NCBI GenBank assembly: GCA_033442325.1
Contig: JAWQFM010000036.1
Span: 528,943-592,942, forward strand
Direction of reading: 5' to 3'
Source of the DNA: Salpingoeca rosetta
Lineage: Eukaryota; Protista; Choanoflagellata
DNA length: 64,000 nucleotides
Shown: piece by piece, positions 37,438 to 51,760 of the stretch
Layout: every line of letters begins with the position of its first letter
Numbering within the stretch: the stretch's first letter is position 1
Notes under the pieces: generated by a model
Told to the model about the DNA's origin: nothing
Database searches by the model: none
What the model saw: the letters and a program-made list of their open reading frames with translations, nothing else
Position numbers and translations under genes: made by a program

Positions 37438-37646
37438 GTGTCCTATGCATCCCGATTTCTATAAGTAGTAATCCGCCCGCAAGCGTACGGAGCCGTAGCT
37501 TCGATCGAGACGATTTGTACCCTGGGCGAGCTAAATCGTTGACTTAGGTGTCTGTCACTCTCATCAGGGCCCCGACGGTCAGGAAGCCTCGGGGGTTACC
37601 GGGTAGAGATTCCGCGAGTTTTGTGTGTGTGTGTGTGTGTGTCGTG

Positions 37647-37690
<44 letters not shown>

Positions 37691-38182
37691 GTGTGTGTGT
37701 GTGTAGTGCAGCGGCCCACCCTGCCTCGAGGTGCGGCTGGCGCCGACGACGACCGGGAGTGTTGCTCCATCTGCTCGCGCGGCACGGCCATCTTCGGGTC
37801 GACTTCACGCCCGTCGATAATGTGCGGCCGCTCCCGCAGCACCTTGGCGCAGCACCGCCCGTCACGGAACGTCACAAACCCAAAGCCCCTGCACACACGT
37901 GGGGCCGATGGTGATGGGGGTGGCGGTTGTGCGTGAGTGTATGAGTGAGTGAGTGTATGAATGAGTGAGTGTATGAGTGAGTGAGTGTCTGAGTGAGTGA
38001 GTGAGTGAGTGAGTGTGAGTGTGTGTGTGTGTGTGTGTGAGTGTGAGAGTGCGAGGGTGTGTCTAGTAGATATCAGCAGTGCATGAAGTTGTCACCATGT
38101 ACCTTGTGCGGCCTGTGGTTGCATCTGTCATGACCACGCAGTCGACGACTTCGCCGAAGCGCGAAAAGTACCCCTTCAGCCG

Positions 38183-38225
<43 letters not shown>

Positions 38226-39901
38226 GAAGATGAGGAGGTGTGAAGATGAGGAGGTGTGAAGATGAGGATGTGTGAAGATGAGGAGGTGTGAAGATGGCAA
38301 CAAGGCGGACGAAGGCAAGCACACGAATGAATAGCACAGCCAATGCAAACAATATCAAACAATACCAACAAACGAACAAAGACAAAGTCTTACCTCTATT
38401 GGTTTCGGGGCTGAGGCCGCCAACAAACATTTTGCTGTCAGTCACAACCAAACGCGCAGGAGTAAACATGAAATGAAAATAAGCATGTGCATGAACGCGC
38501 GTGAGTAAAGAGCAGACATCAGTAAGCCCACACAAAACAAACCTTCACACCACACACACACATACCACGCACGCATGCATGCACACACACACACACCACA
38601 CACACGCACGCATGCACCGCGTACCCTGGGATGATTTGCTGTTGTGTGGAGAGGAGGTTGGTGGCCGACGAGTGACCGTGTTGCTGCTGCTGGTGTTGCT
38701 GTTGTTCGGATGGCGCGTACAGCGACTGGGAGCGTGTGGTGCGCACATCACCACCACCACCACCACCACCACCGCCCATTGGTCCCATGCCCATACCGTG
38801 CTGCTGCTGGTATGGCATGCCGTGCTGCTGGTATTGGAGGTGCGCAGGATCCATGCCATCGGCCTGCCCGCGCATGTGGTGGTGCGGCGACTGTGACCCG
38901 TTTGCACGAGGCGACTGCATCGGGAACGTTGGCATGTGCTGTTGCTGCTGCTGCTGCTGCTGGTAGCCGGATGGCGGGAGGGAGTTGGCGCGCACCTCAC
39001 GCGTGCCGCCACCACCCATCATCATGGATGACGATGGCGACTGCGAGCGGTGGTCGCTGCCCGGGTGATATGAGGGCGGTGTCATGCCGCTGGTGCCGTT
39101 CATGCCGCCACCATAGTACCCTTGCTGCTGGGACTGCTGGGACTGTTGGGACTGCATGGGGTGCGGGTGCTTGAGGAGGTGCATGTTGTTGCTGCTGCCG
39201 CCGGCAGTGTTCGTGTTTCCGAAGTCGTAGTCGCCTTGGTGCGATGGGAACGGGGCCATGTATGGCGAGGCCCCGTTGGCCAAACCGCCCATGTATCCGC
39301 CGTTGCTGCCGTTGGTGCTGCCGTTGGTGCTGCCGTGCTGTCCCATGTTGGCCGCGCCGCCTGCTGTGGACGACGACAGCGACTGCGCGTGCGACTGCGA
39401 GTGCGAGCGGGAGAGGGATGATGACGACAGGGAGGATGTGGAGCGGAGCGGAGACGCCGGCATGCCACCATCACCACTGGTGCCGCTGCCGCTGTTGACT
39501 GTGGCGGCTGCAGTTGTCGCAGTTGTCGTCGTCGCCGCCGTGGTTGTGGTGGTTGCGCCCGATCCGTCATCGGAGCTGACGCCGCGAAGGGCCTCTGCAT
39601 ATCGGCGGCGGTTCTGCTGCATGGATGGCTGCGATGTGACCGGTGGCGGTGGCGGCGGCAGCGTGTTCTCCGAGTTGTTGCGGGAACGATTCACAGCCTG
39701 CGAGTACTGCTGTTGTTGGTGGTGTTGCTGTTGGTGGTGCTGCTGTTGGTGCTGGTGTTGGTGGTGCTGCTGGTGGTGGTGGTGCTGGTGTTGTTGCTGG
39801 TGGTGTTGGTGTTGGTGCTGGGGCGGCTGTTGCTGCTGGTGCGGGTTACCGGAGATGGAGTCGAGGTCGTCCAGCGCCGCGAGCACATTCATCGTGTCCA
39901 T
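34719..39901 (-). CDS. DAZAP1/Musashi/Hrp48-family RNA-binding protein (2 RRMs with long Q/H/S/G-rich termini)
   Basis: RRM1: KMFVGGLSPETNR|DRLKGYFSRFGEVVDCVVM...TR|GFGFVTF...HIIDGREVDPK. RRM2: KVFVGGLP...RGFGFVTF...HYHDLLGKMVEVKRAEP. Exons are phase-compatible from ATG 39901 to the stop at 34719. Confidence 0.9.
37171..37301 (-). ncRNA. Candidate structured intronic RNA element (multi-branch fold), unclassified
   Basis: Nested stems on the minus strand: GCGTGGGT/ACCCATGC, GAGCG/CGCTC, CGTGCGC/GCGCACG, CGTTCGA/TCGAACG. Confidence 0.35.
37441..37620 (-). ncRNA. Candidate structured intronic RNA element, unclassified
   Basis: High-complexity island between CA repeats with stems CCCCGA/TCGGGG, ACGATTT/AAATCGT, TGAC/GTCA and TCCG/CGGA. 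Contains CTGATGA and ends ...TAGG-ACA. Confidence 0.4.
38226..38296. repeat. 16-bp minisatellite (TGAAGATGAGGAGGTG) x~4 in an intron of the RRM gene
   Basis: Directly visible tandem copies. Confidence 0.85.
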
Positions 39902-40333
39902 CCTGGATGGTCGTGTCAAAAGCGAAGTCAAGGGAATGAAAGGGGGAGTGTGTGTGGACGAAGGGGGAGTTCTTGGTTGGTGTTGAGCTGCTGAAGTGGT
40001 CGGAAAACAAACACGAGTGTAAAGAAGAAGGGAGGAGGTAGCGTGCGATCGATCGGCCCCTGTGTTGAGATTGGTCTTGGTAGGTTGGGTGGTGTTGGTT
40101 GGAAGTATGGAGGGCTCGGGTGCGTGCGCGTGAGCTAGTGGCAACCCATGTGCTCCTCGCTCTACCAAAGAAGAAGAACGAGGAGGAAGACAATGACGAC
40201 GAGAAGAGCGGGCGAGGGAGACGGAGGCGAGGAAAGGAAGGTGGGAAGGCGGGGAGGAAAAAAAACGTGGACTACAGCTCGCTCTCGGCTGTTGGTTGAT
40301 TGATTGGAAGGCCACTTGTTTGCAGGGATCTGT

Positions 40334-40410
<77 letters not shown>

Positions 40411-41828
40411 GGTGGTTCGTGTTTGGTGAGCAAAGACGATGATGTGAACTGGAAACACGGCAGGATACTTGACACGCAAAGGGGAAAAGGGTGTTGGAAT
40501 GGATGCAGGGTCGGTGGGGGCGGCAAGGTAACTGGGGTGTGGACAAGCACAGAGATCGAAGAAGCACCGCAGAAATCCAAGGACAGAACAAGGCAGTGCC
40601 GCTCACAGTCACGCATGACACACGCACGACACGCACGCACCTGCTGAAATAACCAAAGGACAGACGAAGGCAGTGTGGTGCTGTTGAGAATGAAGCAACA
40701 GCGGCAAATGGAATGGATCGGTGAGTAGAAGGGCGGTGGGAAGATTGCAGGGAGAAGGCGAACGGGAACCGGGCACGGGAGAAACAAAACAAACCAAAAC
40801 AAAACAACACAAACAAGCTCTCAAGAAGCAAGTTCGGCAGTAAGAAGCAGACAGGCAGACAAGGCCAGGCAAGGCAAAGCACAAAGACAAAGGACAAAAA
40901 TCAAAACAAACGACAGCCAGGTATGTGTGTGTGAAAGGGAGTGCGTGTGTGGGTGTGGATGTGAACACGGAGAGACAGGTGCTTCAGTGCCGAGTGTTGA
41001 GGCCACTCTCCCCTCGCCACCTGCCAACGCACACGCACGTACACATACACACACCTGCACACACACGAACACCTCTCAAGGCACACACACACACACACAC
41101 ACACTTGACTTACCACGACAACAACGAAACAACAAGCGCAAAGCCAGGCTCGGGTGCGTAATGCCTCCTGTGTCTTGCCGCTCCTCTTTCTCTCTTGCTT
41201 TTTGCTTTGCTTCTTGCTTGTTTCTTGTGGCTTCTTCTTTGCCTTGCTTGTTGCCTTGCTGTTTGGATTCTGCTGGCCTTTGTTTTGTTTTTTGTTGTTG
41301 TTCCCCAGCGACGATCCGTTGAAGATGCGCACAGGAAATCGGTGGCGTGATGCGAAAGATGTTCGCAAACTATCGGCCGCGCGTTGCTTGCGCGGCGTCG
41401 TGTCCGCCTTTTCGACCCCCAACAATAAAAAAAAAAAAACCAGGAAGGCGGATTCGGAAAAGCCTCAAGCTAGGCTGTGTGCTATAAATAGGGAAATGCT
41501 TATCTTGTGCAAAACTCGCAAAGATCCTCCGGGAGAAATTCAAAACCGAAAACAGCAACGGACGATTGGTTGGTTGGTTGGTTGGTCGAATATGGAGACG
41601 GGGATGAGGGTGTGAGAGGGATGAGGGGGGTGAATGTTGGTGTGTCCGTGGGTGCATGTTGGTGTGGGGGACAGCCTGTCGGGAGCACGTGTGAATGTGT
41701 GTGTGTGTGTGTGATTGTACGGGTAAGAACTTGTTTGTTTGCGTTGGTATTTGCACGTCATTGCGCATGCGCTCATGTACATGCACGTTTGGTGTGGTGT
41801 GTCGCAGTGCCGTGCAGCGACAGCCATC

Positions 41829-42578
41829 ATGTCGTTTTCGCCCAACATGGATCAAGTGGAGCCCGCGCGCGTCGCGGCATCCCAGGTGGGTGTGTGGGTG
41901 GGGGCGAGGGAATGGGTGTGTGTGTGGGTGTGTGTGTGTTATGATCTCGCTGTATGGGTGTGTGTGTGGATGATGAGGTCACCGCGCTTGAGTGTGTGTG
42001 GTGTGTTTGTGTTTGTGTACGTTTCGCTCATGCCACATGCTTTCCCAATGCTGCTATGATAATGCTCTGTTAGGTCGAAGACATCAAAACACGGCTCTTT
42101 GACAACTGGGACGAGACTGGTGTGTGCAAAGAGAGCAGAGATTTTACAGGTGGATGTGGTTGGAGTTGTGGCTGAGGTGATGTGTTGAATTGTGCGTGTG
42201 TCAGTTTGCTGGTGCACGCAGAGGTCCTCCCGTACCGGCATACACATACACACACGCACTCACATACACGTACAAACGCACTCGCACACATACACGTACA
42301 AACGCACGCTACCACGCACTCACACACACATACACGTACAAACGCACTCACACACACACAAACGCTCTCTCTCTCTCTCTCTCTCGCTTGCTGTGGCAGA
42401 GATGGCGATGGAACAGGATCAGGAGAACGTGGGCGTGAACAAGAGCGCCCCGGCAGCAAAGACGCGGCTGTCCACCAAGATCCAATCAGACGCACAGAGC
42501 ACGTTCATGAAGGTGTTCCTGCGCATTCGCCCCTTTACCGACGAAGAAATCGCCAAGCGCGAGGCACAAGGGGTGCGC

Positions 42579-42622
<44 letters not shown>

Positions 42623-42920
42623 GCGTGCGCGTGAGTAAGTGTTTGCGGGGCGTCAGTACTAGATGTAATTGCGTGTGTGAGCGTATCAAAGAGAAACATT
42701 GCTGCCCATTTTTCTGCCACAGTTCGTTTGCAAGTGGGACGGGCTTGAGAAATTAGTGGTACAACCCCCGTCGCGTGCATCTTACATTCTTGCCTCACAC
42801 GTGTCGCTGGATTGCATTGTGTGGACACAGGTTGTGCGCGTGCTGGACAACATGACTGTTCGCGCGCAAGCGCCGCTGACATCCAAGGCGTTCAAGTCCA
42901 ACAGTCAGACAAACGTGCGG

Positions 42921-42971
<51 letters not shown>

Positions 42972-43296
42972 GGGAATTTTTTTGGGAGCGAAAGGCAAAG
43001 GAGGAATGCGTGCGTGGGCGTGCGTGCGTGTTTGTACTATCTTGACAATGTCACACCACCGCAAGCCACATGTCACACCAATACGAATGTTAACACGCGA
43101 GAACAAACATGCACACGCGTGCTTCCATGGTTGCCTGTGTGTTTGGGACATTTGCAGCAAATTGGCAAGTTCTCGTTCACGCGTGTGTTCAAGGAGAACA
43201 CGACGCAGCGCGACTTTTTCCGCACAACGACACTTCCAATGCTGCAGGTACTTGAGGTGTGCGAGGGAGGGAGGAGAGAGGGGGATGATTGTTGCC

Positions 43297-43351
<55 letters not shown>

Positions 43352-43706
43352 TTGTTGTTGTTGCTCGGGTGTTGAGGAATAGGCGTGATTGCAATGTAAC
43401 TACAAGCATCACTTTTGTTCCCCCCGTTTCATCTTTAACAAACCCACCGCTTGTTCTCACATGTGTACACGTGTCGGGTCAACAGGAGTTGCTTGCGGGC
43501 AAGAACTGCCTCATGTTCACCACAGGCGTCACAAACTCAGGCAAGACGTACACCATCCAGGTTAGTTTGCAAAGAGTACGTTGATGTGTTGGGGTAAGGT
43601 GGGTCAAGGCGTGGGCAACGAAGAACCCCCATGCATAGATTGCTGGCAAACAAACGTTCTTGTCAACCGAAAGACTACCACCTCTTCACACATACACCAC
43701 ACCACA

Positions 43707-43760
<54 letters not shown>

Positions 43761-44096
43761 CCAGGGCACGCCGGATGAGCCGGGCATTTTGCCGCGCGCG
43801 GTGGATGTCATCTTCAACAGCATTGAGCCGCATCTCGGTGTCCTCGAGAACGTGAGCTGGAGTTTGATGGGTGTTTGGCAGTCGCTGTGGAGGTTTGAGG
43901 TCGTGATTTTGTTTTTTTGTTTTGTTTTGTTTTTTTTTTTTTTTGGGGGGGGGGGTATGTCAGCGAAGAGGGTGAGGAGATGGGTGAGGAATGCAAAGTG
44001 TGTGTACACGTACACCTGCAGGTGCTGTCACGCCGTCTTGATGACATGTCGACGCACGTGTACAAACGCGACTGACTGTGGCGTTCACATTGCTTG

Positions 44097-44127
<31 letters not shown>

Positions 44128-45915
44128 TGTGTGCAGTTGCGTCCAACGCGCTTTTGCGAGGTGAAGAGGATCACAGCGAGCGAAGTTGATTCGTTGGCGC
44201 AGCAGAAACGCGACTGCCTCGAACTCTCCTTCAACGTAATGATCTGATGATCGTGATGCTGATGGTGGCGGTGGTGGCTGTTGAAGGATTTGTAGTGTCG
44301 TGCGCGTGCGGATGTGGCGGCTGTTGTGTTGTGAAGTTTGGCACGTTGCGGTGGAAGCTTTTCATGATTCGTTGTGTGCTCGCTTTCGCAATCCTCACTG
44401 TGGCGTGCTTGTGTTGCCTGCATGCACGCGTGCAACATTTTATTTTTGTTCGTCCACGTTTTTTGCAATGTCAAGTCTGATGCCCTGCACGCGACGGCGC
44501 TGGCGAACGAAGATGGCGACAACGACAGCAGCGCCACGGCAACAGACACGTCTGCCACATCGGCTGATTCGTCCGTGGTGAGCACGATGATTCGATGCGT
44601 GGTGGTTGTGATCCTGAAAGCGGGTTGTTGTGGTTCAGTGGTGTTCGTGTAACAAGCTTTCGTATGCCTCAGCACTTACTCGCTGTTTATTTGCACAAAC
44701 ACGCACTCACCTCATGTGTCATCATCACCACCACAATCACCGCGACCAATCATCATCATCATCATCAACAACAACAACAACACCAACGCCCCACGTGTTG
44801 TAACCAGGACACCGCTGCCTCTGCGTCGTTTGAGGAGGATGCCGAGTTTGAGCGGATGGTAAAGGACCGCGTTGCGGAGAGCACGTGCCTCAACGTCGAC
44901 CCAGACTGCAAGGTGGTGGAGGCGATGGTAGGGGAGGGGATGGCTGTTGGATGGTGGTGGTCACACCTTTCATCATTTTGGGCCGTGCGAATGACCAAGA
45001 TACGGCTGCGCTGAACATTGTGCGGTCACGCCCGTTGCATAACACCACCACCTCACCCTCGCTTGTGACTGTCTGTGTTTGCACATGTGCCAGTACTCTG
45101 TGTTTGTGACGTACATTGAGGTGTACAACGAGCGCATTTATGATCTCCTCGAACCGCCGCCAGGGAAAAAGGGTGCGCTGGCCTGCTTGGATGACATCTG
45201 TTCGTGTGTGTTTGTGTGTGTGTTGGGGGTGTTTCGTTGGACCTTGTGCAAAGTCATGGTGATACTTCGCTTGTACGTGTGGCTGGGGACTGCGGTTAAC
45301 GCCGTCATGTTGGGTGTGTACCTGTTCACCTTGACATCACGTCACGCGTGCTTACACTTGTTTGTGTGTGCGATCACAGAGAAGCGACGCGTGTCGAAGC
45401 GCCTTCGTCTCGACAAAAACAAGAACATCTACGTCGAAGGTGTGTGTACGTGTGTGTGTGTGTGCGCGCGTGTGTGTTTGCGCTTGTAGCATGTGTGTGT
45501 GCGTGTGGTGTGTTGCGGGAAGTGTCATTGCTGGTGCTTTTTTTTTTTTTTTTTTCAATGAGCTGCAATCCTCCCTGTGAACCACCACCTCACACCGCGC
45601 TGCTCCCGACCACCAACACCACCACTGCCACTACGACTACTGCTCTAGGTCTGCGTGAGATCCAGGTTGAGACGGTGGACGAGGCATTTCGCGTGCTCGG
45701 TGTTGGTCGGCGCAACCGCCGCGTCGCCGCCAACAACCTCAACATCAACTCCTCGCGCAGGTGACCACGATGGTGGTGGTGGTGGTGATGATGATGATGA
45801 TGATGATGGAGGCGTGGTGGTAGCGGTGTGTTGACTTCTGCTGTAGTGCGCTTGCCACTGCTTGCACAACTGTGCTGGGTTATCTGCCACATCTCACGCA
45901 AGCGCAACTTCACAT

Positions 45916-45964
<49 letters not shown>

Positions 45965-46448
45965 CTGCAGCCATTGCATCTTCACGCTGAAGATTGTTCG
46001 CTTCCCCAATGTGCCCCAGCCACACTACGCTCACGTCAGGTGAGTCTGCATGACTGTTGTGGTTGCTGTGTTGTGCTTGAGGTGCGCGCTTGCATAACAT
46101 ATGTGCTTTGTGATTGATTCCAATGAACACGCGCGCACACCCTCACATCACATCCACACATCACATCACGTGTCATCACACAACTGCGACGCAGCCAATT
46201 GTCGCTGGTTGATCTTGCGGGGAGCGAGCGGAACGTGAACACACGCGCACGCGGCATGAAGTTGAAGGAGGCGGCAAACATCAACAAGTCCATCATGACC
46301 CTCGGGCAGTGCATTGAGATTCTCAGGCACAACCAGGCCACAAAGTGCGTTGTGGGATGTGATATGGTGGTGGTGGTCTTGCTGTTGTTGTTGTTGGTGG
46401 TGGTGGTGGTGTGTGGTTTGGGCATGGTGGCACCTACATGTGTGACTG

Positions 46449-46491
<43 letters not shown>

Positions 46492-47612
46492 GCGCGCGCA
46501 TCTGTGCCTGTTTGGTCGCTTGCTCATTCACACGCTGGCACACGCGCTCACATGTAAACGAACACACGCGCACTTGTCTGCACTGCTGCTGCGCAGAGAT
46601 GACCGCCGCGTTCCGTTTCGGGATTCAAAACTGACGCGGCTGTTCCAGTCGTATCTGCTCGGCATGGTGTGTTTGTGGTTGATGTGATTGCGTTGGTTGG
46701 TTATTGTGACGTATGTTGAGTGCGCGCCTGTGACACGTTTGTGAGTGCATTCAGGGCGCATTGGTTGAGCTTGTGCTTCATCCCCTCGTGAACCCCCCCC
46801 CCCCACAACCACCACCACCACCACCACCACCTCATCATCATCGCTACCGTCGCGGCCATCCTTGCAGGGGTCTGTGCGCATGGTGGTGAACATCAGTGCG
46901 TGCGCCACCGCCTACGACGAGACCCTGCACGTCCTCAAATTCAGCGCCGTCGCACGCAAGGTCGGATGGGAAAGGCAAGATGGGAATGGTCTTCATGGCT
47001 TGCTGCTGCTGCTGCTGTCGTTGTTGCTGCTGTTGTTGTTAGGGTTGTTGTACGACTCCCTTTTCGCTGTTCTCGCTTCCCTTGCTGGTCGTCACTTTGC
47101 CCCTCTTTCTTCCTCAAACAAGCTATTACCCCACTATTGCGTGCATGTGCGTGTGCCCACCACAGATTACGCAACCGCCCATCACGTCCAAGATTGACAC
47201 GGGTCTCTCCACCCAGTCCACGGCACTGCCCTCCGCCAACACAACGCGCCAGACATCGTGAGTTCTTCCTCGCACGTGCACGTTGCGCATTGTGGGCGCA
47301 TGTGTGCGTGTGCATGTGCGTGATGCCCTCATAAGTGGGTCTGCGCGCCTTGTCATGCCTTTGTTCCTTCCATTGTCCTCATCGATTCGACCACTCAACT
47401 CAGTACCACCCTCCACATCCCCTCTCAGCGCCAACACCACCCGCGGCTCTGCCAACACCACGACGGCGGCGACGGCGAATGTGTCCCGCGCATCTGATGT
47501 TGCGCACATCCAGGCACTGCAGAAGCGTGAGTTTTGTGGTGGGGTCGTGGTAATTGTTTGCTGCTGTTGTTCTTGCTCTTTGCTCGTGCTCCTGTTGTTG
47601 TTGTTGCTGTCG

Positions 47613-47653
<41 letters not shown>

Positions 47654-49144
47654 ATTGCTTGAGTTGCCGTGTTCACCGTCGCGCCTCTACACGCTTGCAT
47701 ACCGGTGCACCCTTACCTCCAACCATCTCACCTCCCATACATACATGCGTGTGATCCTTGCTCTGTTCTCGTGCCTCATTTGTCGCCACCACTGTTGTCG
47801 GCACCAGAGCTGGATGTGGTGCGAAACCACAATGACACGCTGCAAGATCAAGTCTTTGAACTGCAAAAGGAGCTCGAACGCGCCAAAACGTGCGGTGAAA
47901 CTTGCATATGCGCGCGCGCGTGTGTGTGTGTGTGTGTTTCCGTGCATGTGCGCAAGCGTGTCATATCTGATCTTGCTTCTCATGTGCGCCAATTCACCAC
48001 GTGCTCGCTGCCACCACTGCCACCATACAGCGCCCAAGAGGATATGGAGCTGCGCATTCGTGAGGAGATTGCAGCCGAGCTCTCAGACCAATTTGTTGAG
48101 GTGAACACAAGTGACAGCAATGGGCAGCAGCAGCAGCAGGCTGCTGCTGCTGCTTTGATTGGTTTTGCCGTCTCTGTGTGTGTGTGTGTGTGTGTGTGTT
48201 GCGTGTGACGGCACACCAATGCCCCTTTGCTGTATGCTGCACCACCACTGCCCATGACCATCATCATCATTGTCGTTGCTCGACAGGTTGAGGAGACGTA
48301 CGAGCAGATTTTCCGCCAGCAGGATGACATTGCCGAGGAAACGTGAGATACAGCAAAACCCAAAGCATGTTTGGCGGCGTACTGTTGCTGCTGGTGCTCT
48401 TCTTGTGCCTGTTGTTGTTCTGGCGTACGCCAGTCATGTCGCCAGCAATACCTGGGTTGCTTCGCATTGTCGCGCCCTTGACCGCCCCCCCCCCCTCTAC
48501 ACTCACATGCACACTATCTCGCTCTCGTACATTGTGATCTCTGCGCTCAGCCGCGAGAAGCAGCTTGCTGTTGTGACGCAGAGCGTTGCTCGCCATGCAA
48601 CACGCTCCCGTCTCGCCAGTTGCGACGACGGCAACGGTGCACAGCAGCGCAACAAACGCAGCAAGCGCGGTGGCGGCCGTGCCTGCAAGCACGACGACGC
48701 ATTTGCAGAGGAGGACGAGAGCGAGGCGATGATGGATGATAGCGACAGTGCCTCCTCACAGCCTCAGCAACACTTGGTGAGTGGGGCTGAGATGTCGGCG
48801 ATGAGGGAGCGCGTGCACCATCTTGAGTCCCAACTCCGCACGGCGCAGCAGGACGCAGACGCCGCCAAGCAGGCCATCAAGGTGCGACGGTTTGAATGCA
48901 GTGTACATGTTTTCGTGCGTGTGTTGTGTGCTTTGTCTGTGTGTGCAGCCCTGGTTGTGGATCTCAGTAGCTCTCGATCATTTCCGGTTTGTCTCTCTCA
49001 CATATTCACGCACGTGCGTGTGCTTTCACACATGTACAGGCGCGCACAAGCGAGTTTTCGACAAAAGAGGCGGAATACGAATCCGTCATCTCCGATCTCA
49101 AGGAGCGGCTGGACGAGCTGCAGGTGTGTGCACATGCGTGACCG

Positions 49145-49175
<31 letters not shown>

Positions 49176-49179
49176 TTCG

Positions 49180-49213
<34 letters not shown>

Positions 49214-50284
49214 TCGTGTACGTGTGTGTGTGTGTGTGTTCTATGCGTGTGTTTACGTGTGTGTGTGTGTGTGTGTTAATGTTTACTTGATGCGTGTGTT
49301 CACGTGACCGTGTGTGCACTACGGTGCCGCTGCGCGCTCTTTGTTCTCACAACAACATGCGCGTGCGTGCGTGAATATGTGGGTGTGTGCGTGTGACAGG
49401 CGGAGCATTCGCAGTTGATGGACACAACCGTCCCGCTCGAGACATTTGATGCAGAGACCAAGGTGTGCTGCATGTGTTGGTGAGCGTGTGTCACCAAATG
49501 TGACCCTCTTTGAGGCACATTGCACTCCGCTTGCTTTGCCGTTTGCTGCTTCTCACAAACACATTGTTCGTTACATGCGCGGTTCGCTTACACCACGACC
49601 ACCACTGCAACCGTCAACAGCGCATGGAGGACCAGGCCAACGAGTACCTGGAGAAACTTCACGAGATGGAGGAGAGGCTGGAAGAGCTCCAAACATCGTC
49701 GTACGGTGCGCAGCATGTGTGTAGGGGGCGTCGGGGTGTTTGTACCTTGGAAGATCAATTACGGTTCGCTTGTGATATCGCTGCTCGTGGATGGTTTCAT
49801 TGCTCGTTGTCCTCACACTTCAATTCACCCACCCACTCCCTCGTGGTTCATCACAACTGATACCATCATCACTGCAACCACCCACCAACATCATCACCGT
49901 CGTCACCGACTGGACAGAGACTGCGCGCACGCTCGGGGAAGCAATTGAAACCCAGGAGCGCCACATCTCCGACCTGAAGGAGCAGCTGGAGAAGGTGACA
50001 TGGAGTGGGCTGCAGACAGTGTGGCGTGGCGTGATGTGATGTGTCGCGTTGAAGGTTGATTGTGCGTCCTCACATGCCGTTGGGGTTTCTGTGTGTGCGT
50101 TTGCGAATCGAAGGTGACGGAAGCGAAGCAGGAGGAAGCGGAGCGCCTGGAGGCAACAATTTCGACACTGCGCGATGAGGTGAGAGCATGCAATGCTTGC
50201 TGGGGCTGAAGGGTGGATGGGTGTGTGCCGCACAGCGCGCATATGCAACACGGTGTGTGTGTGTGCGTGGGTGCGTGTGTGTGG

Positions 50285-50326
<42 letters not shown>

Positions 50327-51717
50327 ACGTGCTGACGATCGTTGCCAAATGCGATGATGGTTGACAGCTGCAGCGGTTGAAGGACGACGGGTGCGGTCCC
50401 GACGAGCACACGGCGCAGGAGATTGAGCGATTCAAGATGTAAGAATGCGCACGTGGATTGTTTTTTAATGTATGCACATGTGTCTGGGTACGTGAACACC
50501 AGATGTATCTTGCCAATTGCATGCTGCATCCATAACCGCCAGCCATGCTGTTGTTGTATTCGTGTATTTATTCCTTGCGCCTGCACCATCATGCTGCATG
50601 CTCATCGTGGCTGCTCCACGCTATCACACCAGGCAAGTTGCCCATCTGAAGAACAAGAAGAAGGTGTTGGAGGAGAAGACCAACGATCTCCGCGCTGAGC
50701 TCGAGCACGTCAAGGTGAGCACTGAGAGTGGCGCTGTGCGTCCGTGCATGTCTCGGTTATTTGTATGAGCTTGCTGACACACGACACGCACACACGCACT
50801 CGCACTCCCTCGATCACACACGCTCACACCGCAGGGTGAGAACGACCGGCTGAAGGCGCAGCTGGCGGATATGGTCTCCGAGCAGCTGGACCAGGAGATG
50901 CTCGCATACTCGTGAGTCCACCCTGATTCGTGGTGTCGTTGTTGTGTGATATGACACGGTGTGCGTGTGTGCTTGTGTGTGTGTGTGTGTGTGTGCTTGT
51001 GTTGCGTCAGTTGTGACAGTTGTGCAAGCTCCGCTCACCATCGGTGTGCATTGTGCATTCCAGGACTGCGACGGGTGCGTCAAGCACGATGATGACGGCA
51101 ACAGACACCGACACGACAACAGCCACAACGACGACGACGACGACGACGGATGCTGTTGAGTCCAGCACAGATGAGACCATTCGCTCCAGCGGCAATGAAC
51201 TCGAGCAGAAAGACCGTGACGAAGATAACGGCACCATCGTCAACGGTGATGATGATGAGGAGGAGGAGAAGCCGGTGACACGCAAGCGGGCGAAGCGTGT
51301 GCAATCGAAGCGCAACACGCGAAAGGGATCACGAGCAACACGTGCCACCACCAGGCGCAACCAGTCGTCATCATCGTCGTCGTGGTCGGAAGAGGAGTCT
51401 GAGATGGACAACGGGAAAGACACGACCTTGACAAACGACGACAGCACGGCGAGTGCAACAACAAGTGGTGCCGACACGAGCAAGGTGGGGGATGCCGCTG
51501 TAACGCACGCCAAGTCCAGTCGCACACGCACGCGCGTCGCCACGAAGAAGACCAGACGCAGCGTTTCCGTCGACACCTCGGGTGAGCCAAACGGGGGGGG
51601 GGGGTTGTGGCTGTGTGAGTGGGGCGTGGGTGGTGTTGAGGCAGTTGTTTGGTCGAGCTAACAACAAACTAGCACCCACAACGTATTCGCTCACACACAC
51701 ACACTCACACACTCACA

Positions 51718-51760
<43 letters not shown>

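Noticed and set aside
37451-37603. Canonical hammerhead ribozyme
   Set aside because: CTGATGA, GAAA and a stem III are present, but the pairs flanking the core in stems I and II are mismatched. Kept only as an unclassified structured RNA.
37441-37620. U3, C/D snoRNA, RNase P/MRP, SRP, telomerase RNA or TPP riboswitch
   Set aside because: Only isolated short matches (ATTTCTATA, TGATGA, GAGAG). The required partner boxes, P4 helix, template or aptamer motifs are missing.
39902-40897. N-terminal extension of the RRM protein suggested by the 792-aa ORF
   Set aside because: It runs through CA repeats and splice-signal-flanked sequence with no protein-like composition. The Met at 39901 is the plausible start.
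41539-41544. CHR (TTTGAA) cell-cycle promoter element upstream of kinesin-6
   Set aside because: A single hexamer with unknown transcription start; not distinguishable from chance.
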